Origin: an uncultured virus (IMG/VR IMGVR_UViG_3300026472_000008)
Lineage: Duplodnaviria > Heunggongvirae > Uroviricota > Caudoviricetes > Crassvirales
Length of the DNA: 64,000 bases
Virus record (IMG/VR): IMGVR_UViG_3300026472_000008
Strand: one strand, 5' to 3'
The position numbers and the translations under genes were made by a program. Positions 44,534-54,246 of the stretch are shown here, piece after piece; the first letter of the stretch is position 1, and each line of letters starts with the position of its first letter. The notes under the pieces are model-generated. The model saw nothing but the letters and a program-made list of their open reading frames with translations, did not search any database and was not told the DNA's origin.

Positions 44534-44557
44534 AATTTTACGTAACTTAATTTATAA

Positions 44558-44974
44558 TTATTTGAATTTAATTTTAGTATTAGTAACAACATCTTGTAAA
44601 GCATCATCTAAATTATAATAAGTAATACCAATTCTACTAAATGTATGAGAATCCATTTTATACTTTTTATATTTAGTATTTAGATCACTAACTTTAATAT
44701 AAATACTATTTATATTACGTTTAGGTATAATAACCTTCTTTTTAATATAAACAGAAATATAAGTTCTTTCAGGAATAGGTCCATTTTTAATAAGATTATA
44801 AACATGTTCCCAATATTTACGACCCTCTTCTGTATTAGACCATTTAAAAGCTAATATTAAAGCATCTCCTATAGAATTAGGATAAACTTTTGTATGTTTA
44901 TTATATTTACTATGATATTTTAAAGCTTTTTCTTTATATTCTTTAGGTAATTGTTTAAGATATTTAACAATCAT
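44558..44974 (-). CDS. Hypothetical protein
   Basis: AFKWSNTEEGRKYW. Confidence 0.55.
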   Translation of the reverse strand: MIVKYLKQLPKEYKEKALKYHSKYNKHTKVYPNSIGDALILAFKWSNTEEGRKYWEHVYNLIKNGPIPERTYISVYIKKKVIIPKRNINSIYIKVSDLNTKYKKYKMDSHTFSRIGITYYNLDDALQDVVTNTKIKFK

Positions 44975-45034
44975 AACTTTATTATTATCAATAACCTTTT
45001 AACAAACATGATTTTCTCAATGTTTAACTTGTTA

Positions 45035-45192
45035 TATGCCGACTTGATGACTAGCACCATTCAACTCAAGAGGTTTCAACTTTTATTTATACACGCTTAA
45101 GTCCTCTGCTCTTAACAACGCTACCGGGGCGAGTCATAGATTCCAGACAATCATCAGATTGAGCACGTGTTTCCTATATGCTAACAGGAATA
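45035..45192 (-). ncRNA. Possible structured non-coding RNA
   Basis: GC-enriched intergenic stretch with long-range complementarity (ATGACTCGCC/GGTGCTAGTCAT, AGAGG/CCTCT, TTCCT/AGGAA). Confidence 0.3.
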
Positions 45193-45356
45193 TTTTAATC
45201 TATTATAATAATAAATACTATAATAGCAGCAATAACTTTACCAATCTCAGCCCATTGCATAGGATCATAAGAATGATTTAATAAAGCAATTACAATATAG
45301 ACAAATAATATGCCTACAAGTTTTTCTTTGAAAGTATCTTTAACCATATTAGTAAT

Positions 45357-45782
45357 TTAAGGATAATATAAATCTTCACTAGCAAGTATCATCTGATCTT
45401 TATCAGATAAATTATGCCATATTTGATTATTAGCTACAGCAATTTTATAACCTTCATGTCTATTAACATAACGATTATGAGAAGTAATAAAACCTTGATT
45501 CTCATCAGGAGCTAAATGCATAATATCATTAGCAACATCTTCTTCTTGAATAATTGTTATTAGATCTTTCTCTTGTATAATAGATATCATACTAGATATA
45601 GTTTTATAACAATCAGAATGTCTACGACCAGCAATTATAAATCCTGTATCAATACCTTTTGGTTGTTCTTCATGTTTCTTACGATCATCTACATGAATAG
45701 CAGCACAAATAATAAACTCTTTTGTCATATGACGAACTCCATCAACTATAGTAATTTCTTTTCCCATATTACCACCTATCAC
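45357..45782 (-). CDS. Phage hypothetical protein
   Basis: IICAAIH, GRRHSDC, QGFITSHNRYVNR.E, SEDLY. Confidence 0.65.
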   Translation of the reverse strand: MIGGNMGKEITIVDGVRHMTKEFIICAAIHVDDRKKHEEQPKGIDTGFIIAGRRHSDCYKTISSMISIIQEKDLITIIQEEDVANDIMHLAPDENQGFITSHNRYVNRHEGYKIAVANNQIWHNLSDKDQMILASEDLYYP

Positions 45783-45943
45783 TTATATAATCAAGATAAT
45801 CATCTGCAGCTGTTTGTTCAACTTGTTCTTTAGGAAGCTTTTGACAAAGCTTACCTTTATGAGTAGTCCAATTACGATCAGACTGATCTATAGGTATTTC
45901 GTTAAAACGATTACATAGATCAAGATACTCATTATATTTTGGA

Positions 45944-46309
45944 TTATTTTTCATATTTAACAGATTTAACTTTAGTATAAACTTTAATACTATATACAGC
46001 AAATATAAGCATAGCTATAAATAGATAAATAATTCCACTATCTAATGGTACTTCAACAGTTGGTTGACAATTAACTTGAGCATCTGTATAAGTAATAACA
46101 TTACCATGATTACCATTAGCAATACATTGTTTATCAATCGGTCCATAAGGATCAGTAATATAACATTTACCAGCTTGTAAAGTCATACCATTATTATAAA
46201 CAATTAGAGTTTCTCCATTAAATAATTCAACAGTAGGTTGATAAACTAATGGATAAGTATTAGTAGAATTGGTAATTACATAATTACCTATGTTACAACC
46301 CTTAGCCAT
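45944..46309 (-). CDS. Protein with C-terminal PID-CTERM-like sorting signal
   Basis: VPLDSGIIYLFIAMLIFAVY followed by a basic tail. Confidence 0.55.
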   Translation of the reverse strand: MAKGCNIGNYVITNSTNTYPLVYQPTVELFNGETLIVYNNGMTLQAGKCYITDPYGPIDKQCIANGNHGNVITYTDAQVNCQPTVEVPLDSGIIYLFIAMLIFAVYSIKVYTKVKSVKYEK

Positions 46310-46311
46310 AT

Positions 46312-46572
46312 TTAAAAAGGTAATGTATTTCTAATAGCATCTATAAAGAAATTATTATTTCTTAAATAGCCATTATTAACATCTTTAGCTTGTTTAATAG
46401 CATTAAGAATAGCAAGATCTTTTCTACAATCTTTTTGAGCTTTAATTATAGCTTGTTGCTCTTTACTTAAAGACATAGTAAAAGCATGTTTATGATCAGC
46501 TAGTTCTATTTGTTTTTCTTCGATACGTTGTTCAACAGAATTAACAATATCAGCAATCTTTTTATCAGACAT
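46312..46572 (-). CDS. Coiled-coil hypothetical protein
   Basis: Operon-packed ORF. Confidence 0.55.
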   Translation of the reverse strand: MSDKKIADIVNSVEQRIEEKQIELADHKHAFTMSLSKEQQAIIKAQKDCRKDLAILNAIKQAKDVNNGYLRNNNFFIDAIRNTLPF

Positions 46573-46592
46573 ATTATGTATTTGGTTTAAGT

Positions 46593-46820
46593 TTATTGTT
46601 CCTTGCCTGTAGAGGGAATCATCTTATCTACTTTAGCTTCTATAACACTAAGACATTCATCAGCAAATGCTCTAGCTACTTTATCTACACATTTATCAAT
46701 TGTCCTATTATCACCAGTAAATAATAACCATTCCCAATAAGTTGTACCAGTTCTATTATCTTCATCTTGATCAAATATAACTTTAGCAACTTCTTCTTTA
46801 ATTTTATATAAAGATTTCAT
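46593..46820 (-). CDS. Hypothetical protein
   Basis: Operon-packed ORF. Confidence 0.5.
   Translation of the reverse strand: MKSLYKIKEEVAKVIFDQDEDNRTGTTYWEWLLFTGDNRTIDKCVDKVARAFADECLSVIEAKVDKMIPSTGKEQ
46601..46618 (-). repeat. Dispersed motif copy 13
   Basis: rc TTCCCTCTACAGGCAAGG. Confidence 0.95.
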
Positions 46821-47069
46821 ATTATATGTTTCTTTACTTTAGTAACTACAAAACCATAACCAAAACCGTTAGTTTTAGCTATAAATATTCTAACATCTTT
46901 ATCCCCACCTTTATAAGAAGATATAAATCTTCTAGTAGTATTATTATCTTTATTAACAAACAGAACAATTTTAGTAAAGGTCAGCATATTATTTAGTTTT
47001 ATAATTAGAAATATAATAATCTTTATCTTTTTTAGGATCATATTCATTATAAGGAACAACTGCTGCAAA

Positions 47070-47645
47070 TTAAGCAAAAGAAATAGTTTTAGGTTTATCA
47101 ACATGTAAATCTTCAAAAGACGATACTTTATTGATATTAAATTCAGTTTTACCATGATAATATCTAATAGATAAACCATGTTTTGTAACACCATCTTCTT
47201 TGTATTTAGTAATACAAACAACAGGATCTCCAACTTTAAATATAGCACCCATAACTAAACTTGTTTTAAAATGTTAATAGCAAACTCTTTAATCTGTTCT
47301 GTAGTAAGATCTATACTAACAGATAAACCACATTCATGTTTGACAAGAATTTGATGTAGAACAACATCTTTATTCATAAGAAAACTATTAATATCAACTT
47401 CACCATTACATCCTTCTTGAGAAACAGTTATATTTTTCATATTAATCTATCTTTAAATTAATAATATTAATTAAACCATTAAATTGACTTTGAGTTATAG
47501 CTATTATTTGATGTTGACCATCATCATCAGACATTATTAAATGTATATGAGTATTTCCATAATTAATAACTTCTAGTTTTCCAGTTCTAGTATGAAAAGT
47601 AGTACTAATTATATTAGTAGTAACTTTAATGTTATCATTAGCCAT
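47070..47645 (-). other. Run of three tiny early ORFs (47070-47252, 47255-47440, 47442-47645)
   Basis: Head-to-tail packing with 1-2 nt gaps. Confidence 0.5.
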
Positions 47646-47847
47646 AAATAATTAATATTATTATATTGTGAACGAATTTAATGCGATTTGCCGCATTATT
47701 ATATTAGTCTCGATTAATAACCTTAGATTATACTTTCAATTCAATAGAAAGCCTAAAACAGCTATTATATGAGATATTTACCATCAATCAACTATCAGCC
47801 GGAGAAGTACGCTTAAATCGACTTCATTTAAGAGAAACACTTAAACA

Positions 47848-48150
47848 CTAAGTAACTTGTCTAAATTTAAGATATTGATATCTATCAACAATAGACCATA
47901 AATAATTACATATTAGAGTAGTCTTTTGTTCTTTAGTTATCCAACTTAAATTATCATTAATAATATATGTTTCTACAGGATGATTTCTAGCTTTATAGTA
48001 AACTATATTATTATCATGTATAGTCCATATAAATACTTTACCTATTACTTGTTGAAATTCACCAACAACAAAAGTATTATTAGTAGTATCAATTATACAA
48101 TACATAACTATTAAATTAAATACAAATAAGCCTAACATCCTCACATCCAT
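47848..48150 (-). CDS. Hypothetical protein
   Basis: ORF downstream of the tRNA-like element. Confidence 0.45.
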   Translation of the reverse strand: MDVRMLGLFVFNLIVMYCIIDTTNNTFVVGEFQQVIGKVFIWTIHDNNIVYYKARNHPVETYIINDNLSWITKEQKTTLICNYLWSIVDRYQYLKFRQVT

Positions 48151-48207
48151 GAAGAGTTAGGCTAAAACCAAATATAACATCTAAAGCTATAGAAATACAT
48201 CTATAAG

Positions 48208-48280
48208 AACTCTTAACAGGACTCGAACCTGCATCAGTCAAGTCTTAGTTGACAGGCAATACCAATTATACTATAAGAGT
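48208..48280 (-). tRNA. tRNA or tRNA-like gene, anticodon AAG (nominally Leu), short variable loop, no encoded CCA
   Basis: Acceptor ACTCTTA/TAAGAGT; D-arm GTATAATTGGTATTGC; anticodon arm GTCAA-CTAAGAC-TTGAC; T-arm GCAGG-TTCGAGT-CCTGT. Confidence 0.8.
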
Positions 48281-48311
48281 TACCGTGACTTAGACCTCTA
48301 CGTCTAATATC

Positions 48312-48632
48312 TTAATCAATATCAATAATATCATCCACAATACTAACAAGATCTTCGTCTCTTAAACCAAGTTCTTTTTGTAGTTCTTGTAGATATTCAA
48401 TACCTTTAGTATATTTATCTACTTCAGATTTATGCTTAATAATATTAGATACATCTAAAGGATAAGCAGTCTTTGCAGCAGCTAAATTAATCTTGGCAGT
48501 AGCTAGACTTTCTTTTGTAGCTATTACGTCCGCTTGTAATACTAATTTCGACTTCTCCAATTTCAATTGAAGTTCCTCGTCTGTTAGACTGTTCTCGTCC
48601 AACACTTTCTTGTTTTTGTAATCTATTTTCAT
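48312..48632 (-). CDS. Coiled-coil hypothetical protein
   Basis: Heptad-rich ORF. Confidence 0.55.
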   Translation of the reverse strand: MKIDYKNKKVLDENSLTDEELQLKLEKSKLVLQADVIATKESLATAKINLAAAKTAYPLDVSNIIKHKSEVDKYTKGIEYLQELQKELGLRDEDLVSIVDDIIDID

Positions 48633-49002
48633 TTTGATTAATATTAATTGATGTATTATTTATAAAACATTCTAATAAGTTAATAAACTCAGGAATACTA
48701 TTAGTACTCATATAAGTTTTATAATCATCATGTTTAACTAATGTATTATTATTCCATTTGCCTAAATTATAATAATTAGTTTCTTTATTATAATAAATAA
48801 CAGCATAATCATTAGTATTAAATGGATGAGTATTCTTAAATTCTTTACCTGTTCTAATATGAACTCCTAAATTAACGTAACTACATACATTTTGAACAGC
48901 AACAATAAAAGCTTCTATCATATCTTCAAATTTAGGATATGATTTAGAGTAATAACTAATAATATCATGCTTAGAAATAGCAGCAATAAGTTTATGTTTC
49001 AT
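48487..49002 (-). CDS. Hypothetical protein (3' part overlaps the next gene)
   Basis: ORF with ATG after an AT-rich leader. Confidence 0.45.
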   Translation of the reverse strand: MKHKLIAAISKHDIISYYSKSYPKFEDMIEAFIVAVQNVCSYVNLGVHIRTGKEFKNTHPFNTNDYAVIYYNKETNYYNLGKWNNNTLVKHDDYKTYMSTNSIPEFINLLECFINNTSININQNENRLQKQESVGREQSNRRGTSIEIGEVEISITSGRNSYKRKSSYCQD

Positions 49003-49027
49003 AATATAATTATTGAAATAAACAGAA

Positions 49028-49056
49028 ATAGCTGAACCAATAAATAGTTCAGCTAT
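49028..49056 (-). terminator. Hairpin after the acidic mini-gene
   Basis: ATAGCTGAAC-CAATAAATA-GTTCAGCTAT. Confidence 0.65.
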
Positions 49057-49068
49057 ATTAATTTTATA

Positions 49069-49239
49069 CTATAGACCGTAATGTTCAGCTAATTCATCAT
49101 CACTATCATCATCCTCTTCTCCATCATAATTAATCTGATCAAAATCTCTATCAAATGTTTCAGCATGAATTAATAATTCATCACCTGCGTATTCGAAGTC
49201 ATCATCTTCATCATCTTCAGGTTCAAATTGTCTACCCAT
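49069..49239 (-). CDS. 56-aa hyper-acidic protein (not in the ORF track)
   Basis: MGRQFEPEDDEDDDFEYAGDELLIHAETFDRDFDQINYDGEEDDDSDDELAEHYGL; TAATG overlap with the upstream stop. Confidence 0.7.
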   Translation of the reverse strand: MGRQFEPEDDEDDDFEYAGDELLIHAETFDRDFDQINYDGEEDDDSDDELAEHYGL

Positions 49240-50081
49240 TATCTTCCTTCATTAGAGTTAACAATGAACTGTACTTCTTTCTCATCATACACCTGTTCAA
49301 ATCTCATATCTTTCTCAATATTAAGAAATGTATCAATAGTATTTTGAGCACTAGCAGAGAAACTAGAGAATGAAGCAACAAAACAGTTAATAAAGAATAC
49401 TTCAACATATTCATATTCTTTAACTAGATTACCACACTTAACAACAAACTTATCCCACTTAAAGTCAACAAAACGACCACCACCACGAATTTCTCCTTTT
49501 TGTAGAAGATAATTAAGTACACCTAATGCAGTATATCTTCTAATCTCTGCATTATTCTTAATAATAAGAACCATTTGAACAATATGTTCAGGATATACTC
49601 CCATTTCTGGTCTATTCATACCATTATTCCTAAATACTTCACCATTAGGTTTACCTTGATAAGGTCTACCATAATTAGCATTATGATGCTTTTGATAAGG
49701 TTTATTAGGAGCACCTTTATCATGAGAATGTTTAGGTGCAGGTTTAGTTGTTCCCTCTACAGGCAAGGGAGACTTAGCAGGTACAGTCTGCTTAATATCC
49801 ACAACCTCTTCTACTTTAGGAACATCGATACCTTTATCTTCAAGTACACCAGCAAGAGAAGCTAAATCTTTAACAGGTTCTTTTTTAACCTTTAGAACTT
49901 TATCTCCAACAGGAGCAGCTTCAGGTTGTAATGAACTTTCAATTGCATTAGCAAGTTCATCAATTTCTTTTTTGTCTTGTTTAACATCTGTAGTTTTAGC
50001 GTTTAGAACAAGTTTTTTAGCATTCTTTTTAGCAGGATACTTAGTATCAACTGAATTAGTAGTTTCTGTTTTCTTTGCCAT
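49239..50081 (-). CDS. Hypothetical protein with a disordered K-rich N-terminal half
   Basis: 280-aa ORF. Confidence 0.65.
   Translation of the reverse strand: MAKKTETTNSVDTKYPAKKNAKKLVLNAKTTDVKQDKKEIDELANAIESSLQPEAAPVGDKVLKVKKEPVKDLASLAGVLEDKGIDVPKVEEVVDIKQTVPAKSPLPVEGTTKPAPKHSHDKGAPNKPYQKHHNANYGRPYQGKPNGEVFRNNGMNRPEMGVYPEHIVQMVLIIKNNAEIRRYTALGVLNYLLQKGEIRGGGRFVDFKWDKFVVKCGNLVKEYEYVEVFFINCFVASFSSFSASAQNTIDTFLNIEKDMRFEQVYDEKEVQFIVNSNEGR
49750..49768 (+). repeat. Dispersed motif copy 14
   Basis: GTTCCCTCTACAGGCAAGG. Confidence 0.95.
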
Positions 50082-50357
50082 AGCAATAAGAGTTTTTAAA
50101 TTAGTATTAATAATAGAAATAATACAAACACTATGTTTATATTATGTAAGGTAAGTTACAACAATTAAATCAAAAGTCAAAATAATTAATATTTTATTAT
50201 TTACTGTGTTTCTACTTCATAGTTCAGCACTATGCTCGGCAGAACAATTAACAGTTAACAGTATATATAATAAATATTAGCATGTTAGGTAGATTCTAAA
50301 CTATGAATAATAGTAGCAATAGATCAATGTCTATCACTACTATTATAATATTAATCG

Positions 50358-50954
50358 CTAGAAGCCTAATAGTTTATCCATTAGACGATCAGCAGCTTTC
50401 TGACCAGTGTTAGAAAGATTAAATTTAATCACATTATTAATAATAACATCATGATCATAAACTTGAGCTTCTGCATGCTCTTTAGTAGTAAACGGATTGA
50501 AATACTCTTCACCTTGTTTAACTTCTTGTTGTAAGATATCAACGGTAGCACCATTGAATACAACGTTAACAGCTGTAGGAGATTCCAACAATTTGTTAGC
50601 CATGAAAGCAAGATTCTCATCTTCTTTAATAGCACCAGCAATAGCATACAGTGAAGTATACAATGTATTGGTCATACCAAGTTTCCATGTGTCAGTAGCT
50701 TCATCAAGAACAAAACCACGAATAGGAGAAGCCAAAGTAAGACTAATCATAGTATAATTATCTTTCTCGGTAAAATTAATGTTCTTAACTCTAACAGAAC
50801 TAATACGTTTAGCACCAGTAGAGATAAGTTTCTTAATAATGTTAAGATAACCTACAATGTTAGCAGCTTCTTCAGCAGCATTAACAGGAGTTTCGATAAC
50901 TGAATTTACAGTTTCTTCGGCAGCAGTAGCTGCGGCAGGATTGTTATTAGCCAT
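50358..50954 (-). CDS. Early protein, paralogue of 53350-53868
   Basis: Colinear similarity with 53350-53868 (see findings). Confidence 0.7.
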   Translation of the reverse strand: MANNNPAAATAAEETVNSVIETPVNAAEEAANIVGYLNIIKKLISTGAKRISSVRVKNINFTEKDNYTMISLTLASPIRGFVLDEATDTWKLGMTNTLYTSLYAIAGAIKEDENLAFMANKLLESPTAVNVVFNGATVDILQQEVKQGEEYFNPFTTKEHAEAQVYDHDVIINNVIKFNLSNTGQKAADRLMDKLLGF

Positions 50955-51041
50955 AATCTAATAAATTTAAATTTGTGTATAATGATTAAACAATTAAAAG
51001 CAATGATAATAGATAGGGAACTGTTACAAGTCAACTACCCA

Positions 51042-51066
51042 AAATTAATTATGTATTGTATGAGGT
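51042..51066 (-). promoter_or_regulatory. Putative early promoter motif copy (CCTCATACW-N3-4-ACATAAT on the minus strand)
   Basis: One of four intergenic copies, each upstream of a minus-strand ORF. Confidence 0.65.
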
Positions 51067-51412
51067 AAATAAAGCAATATACAATATCCTATAAAGAATA
51101 CTGTATATGCTAGTTTAGTTAATGATTAAATAGTTGTTTATTTAGGCATTAGAGCTATTTCTAGATTTTCTGTTATAGATATGCTTAATGCATTATCATA
51201 TGATATTGGTAATAACCAATTTCCATCTGTGTCTGCTCCTATAACTTGTAGATAGTAGTTATTACCATCTACATATAATCCTATTGATGCTGTTATTAAT
51301 TGATTCATATCTTAATTATTTAAATGTATCTCTTAATAATTTAAGAGCATAACCTGTTGCTACTCCTACTAAATATAGTAGTATGCATTTTGCTACAAAC
51401 CATTCCATATTA

Positions 51413-51625
51413 TTAAAATGGTATTGCTTGATAATTAATTATTAAGTGTATTAGACCTATTACAGTGATTACTATTAATAGATATAATACAGCTGTTATT
51501 AAACTTTCTCCCCATGAGAGTGGAAACTTCCGATTACCATTCTGATAATTCAAATGCTCACGATATAATTTCCAATAAGTTAGTAATAATGCTAAAACGA
51601 ATATTAATATTACTAATACTATCAT
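51413..51625 (-). CDS. Small two-TM membrane protein
   Basis: Two hydrophobic helices. Confidence 0.5.
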   Translation of the reverse strand: MIVLVILIFVLALLLTYWKLYREHLNYQNGNRKFPLSWGESLITAVLYLLIVITVIGLIHLIINYQAIPF

Positions 51626-51789
51626 TTTAAATCCTCCTAATTACAAGTTCTAAGTGATTTGTTATTACGAAGCCATTTCATTTGACCTCGTGATTGTTTT
51701 CCAACATATTTATAACCTGTTGAACATGATGACATTAATACTCCTAGTACTAATGATAATAGTAATAACTTTTTCATAATTAAATGTAT

Positions 51790-52071
51790 TTATTTTTCTT
51801 TTTCTGTTAATTTTGTTATTAATCTTTTTATAAAATCTCTTCTAATAGGTATTTCTCCTTGTGGCCAATAATATGCATCATCCCAACCTAAACGTTCTGG
51901 TTTATTTATTTGTATTATATCTGTTATTCTACGATGCTCTCTATCTGTTACTAATTGTAGATTTACTAACCATGCTGATAATATACATAATCCTGGTATT
52001 ACATTGCCTATTTTATGTGTATTATCTAATAATACTTGTAACAATTCAATGTCTGATCTTATTTCTTTCAT
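51790..52071 (-). CDS. Hypothetical protein
   Basis: GLC...YYWP...RRDFIKRLI. Confidence 0.55.
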   Translation of the reverse strand: MKEIRSDIELLQVLLDNTHKIGNVIPGLCILSAWLVNLQLVTDREHRRITDIIQINKPERLGWDDAYYWPQGEIPIRRDFIKRLITKLTEKEK

Positions 52072-52732
52072 AGCTGTAGTTGTTTGTATTAACTAGTGAT
52101 TAATACTTGTTAATTAGTGATTAATTAATGTTATTGGTTATACTAAAGATAGTATTTGATTTATTGTTGATCTTTATCTTATTGTTACTAGGGGTAATAG
52201 TATTTATAATGATACTATTAAATGATGAGAGAATGGGTAACAGTAAGACTGATTTAATTAAGATTGATGATATTGGCGAAGATTAGGGCGGTGGGTGGGG
52301 TGCGGGTTGTGGCACTTAGTCATACACACTTACATTTAAATAAAATAACAATACTCGGACTAGTTTCAGGGTGTAGTCTCATAATATAGAGCTTTCCGAT
52401 GTATATACCACATATTGTTATTATACTCTTAATAAATAAAGTAGTCAAGTTCCTAACCAACCGAACCGTTGACATTATTCTCTTGACCTACTTTATAATG
52501 ATAATTAGCTTAGTCCCACTAATCGGGATAGTACTACTCCCTCACGTGATATTAATGGTGTTATGGGTAATTATCAATCTCATTCTGTTAGTTAATAGTA
52601 TAATGTATTACAATTTAGCAGTCGATCATCCTTACTAGTCCTCTCCCCCTAATAGTTCCGATCAACTGCCTCCTTGTATTGCTATTATTCCAACTACAGA
52701 TAATATTGTTTATTGTGACGATAGTATTTCTA

Positions 52733-52936
52733 CTAATATAAATCATAATGGATTTCGCATAGTAATTGAGAAAGATCTTCATCACCTCTAAGAGCAGCAT
52801 AATCTCTAAATGCTTCAACAATACTAGCAAGATGATTAATATTATTACTAATATCATCTATGTGCCAATTACCATTATCTGATTTAATATCAGTAAGAGC
52901 AACTTGTTTAATAATATACTTAAGCTTATCAGACAT
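52733..52936 (-). CDS. Small early hypothetical protein
   Basis: Directly downstream of a promoter motif copy. Confidence 0.5.
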   Translation of the reverse strand: MSDKLKYIIKQVALTDIKSDNGNWHIDDISNNINHLASIVEAFRDYAALRGDEDLSQLLCEIHYDLY

Positions 52937-52990
52937 AATAATATAGATTAATACTGTTAAAAGAACTCTTAAAAGAATGATAAGAACTCC

Positions 52991-53015
52991 AAGATTAATT
53001 ATGTTTAGTATGAGG
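52991..53015 (-). promoter_or_regulatory. Putative early promoter motif copy
   Basis: + strand AAGATTAATTATGTTTAGTATGAGG. Confidence 0.65.
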
Positions 53016-53030
53016 ATTAATACAATTATA

Positions 53031-53059
53031 AATAGTATCAGTATTACACTGATACTATC
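53031..53059. terminator. Intergenic hairpin
   Basis: ATAGTATCAGT-ATTAC-ACTGATACTAT. Confidence 0.6.
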
Positions 53060-53062
53060 TTA

Positions 53063-53257
53063 TTAACTATTTAGATCAACATCTATTCTATCGCCATTAA
53101 TATAAATGAATAGAAAGAAACTATTTCTTCTAATATAAACATTAGGTTTAATAGTGATTTGTCTAATAGCTTCAATAATTTCACTATTAAATATTTCAAC
53201 AGGCATACTAACAGCATCATCGTGCTTATTAATATCTTTATGATAAGTAATATACAT
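53063..53257 (-). CDS. Small early hypothetical protein
   Basis: ORF between hairpins. Confidence 0.45.
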   Translation of the reverse strand: MYITYHKDINKHDDAVSMPVEIFNSEIIEAIRQITIKPNVYIRRNSFFLFIYINGDRIDVDLNS

Positions 53258-53349
53258 TATAATATAATTTAAGTTAATAAAAGGTGTTGCACTCTATCCA
53301 GAGATACAACACCATAACTAGAAGGGCCTTCTTCTCCTAGTTGAGTATA

Positions 53350-53868
53350 TTATGCAAATACTGCATCAAACATTTTATCAAGGTTAGCTTGAACTCTATC
53401 TGATACAACTATCTTAACAATATCAGTATTAAATCCTGTATTATCATGAGTTTGAGTTTCACCTTTACCATCAGTGTATTCATCACCAGCATTGAATTGA
53501 GTACGTTTCACTTGTAGTTTAGCTCCACGTAATACAACTTGCAATTCAGCTGCACCAAAACCAGATGCATTGTCTCCTTTAAGACCAGTCTCTTTCTTCT
53601 TGGTATACATGAAGTCAAGACCTTCAATATGATTAATACATTGAGCAATCAATACTCTTGGAACAAAGTCAATGTAATCAACCTGAGCGATACCATATTC
53701 TTCAGTAGCAAGATCTTTCTTAATTGCATCAAATGATTGATCAAATGTAACACGATACCTAATGTCATCGCCATTAGAATATACTTGAATAGATTTAGTT
53801 TTAAGATCAAGAATAACTTCTTTAGCAATTTGATCTTGAGTTTCTGTAGTTGTTGCTGTAGTAGCCAT
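53350..53868 (-). CDS. Early protein, paralogue of 50358-50954
   Basis: Colinear similarity with 50358-50954. Confidence 0.7.
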   Translation of the reverse strand: MATTATTTETQDQIAKEVILDLKTKSIQVYSNGDDIRYRVTFDQSFDAIKKDLATEEYGIAQVDYIDFVPRVLIAQCINHIEGLDFMYTKKKETGLKGDNASGFGAAELQVVLRGAKLQVKRTQFNAGDEYTDGKGETQTHDNTGFNTDIVKIVVSDRVQANLDKMFDAVFA

Positions 53869-53900
53869 AGTAATAATAGTTTAAATAAGATTAACAATTC

Positions 53901-53927
53901 AAGATTAATTATGTTATTGTATGAGGT
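53901..53927 (-). promoter_or_regulatory. Putative early promoter motif copy
   Basis: + strand AAGATTAATTATGTTATTGTATGAGGT. Confidence 0.65.
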
Positions 53928-53996
53928 TTACAACTTAAGTAAAGCCACTAGCATTACACTAGTAGCGATACTTATCATCCCCATAATAGTATTAGA

Positions 53997-54209
53997 TTAT
54001 AACCATAATCCAATTAGTATATTACCAACAAGACCAACAAGACAACAAAGACCAAAGATACATAGACCAGTGGCGATACCTTGATCAGTTTTCATGTTAA
54101 TATCATCATCACATTTGTCATGACTTGAACTATCAACATTGTCTTGTTGTTTGAATTGATTTGTAGTGTTGACTTCACACCACACTCTAGAATACATGAA
54201 CTTCTTCAT
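53997..54209 (-). CDS. Small protein with C-terminal TM helix
   Basis: First ORF of the minus-strand block. Confidence 0.45.
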   Translation of the reverse strand: MKKFMYSRVWCEVNTTNQFKQQDNVDSSSHDKCDDDINMKTDQGIATGLCIFGLCCLVGLVGNILIGLWL

Positions 54210-54246
54210 AGTTATAAGATTAATTATATAAATAATAGCAAGTTTT

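Noticed and set aside
45130..45190. Hammerhead ribozyme (CTGATGA on the minus strand)
   Set aside because: I could not place stem II followed by GAAA and a cleavage triplet in a valid order.
30510..50185. Host Bacteroidota-type promoters at 30510-30550 and 50151-50185 (TTTG...TAWCTTAC on the minus strand)
   Set aside because: The -7 box deviates from TAnnTTTG and the spacers differ (24 vs 19 nt); too weak to call.
52399..52857. Hydrophobic ORFs 52399-52638 (+) and 52615-52857 (-)
   Set aside because: I/L-rich translations typical of AT-rich non-coding or alternative-frame sequence.
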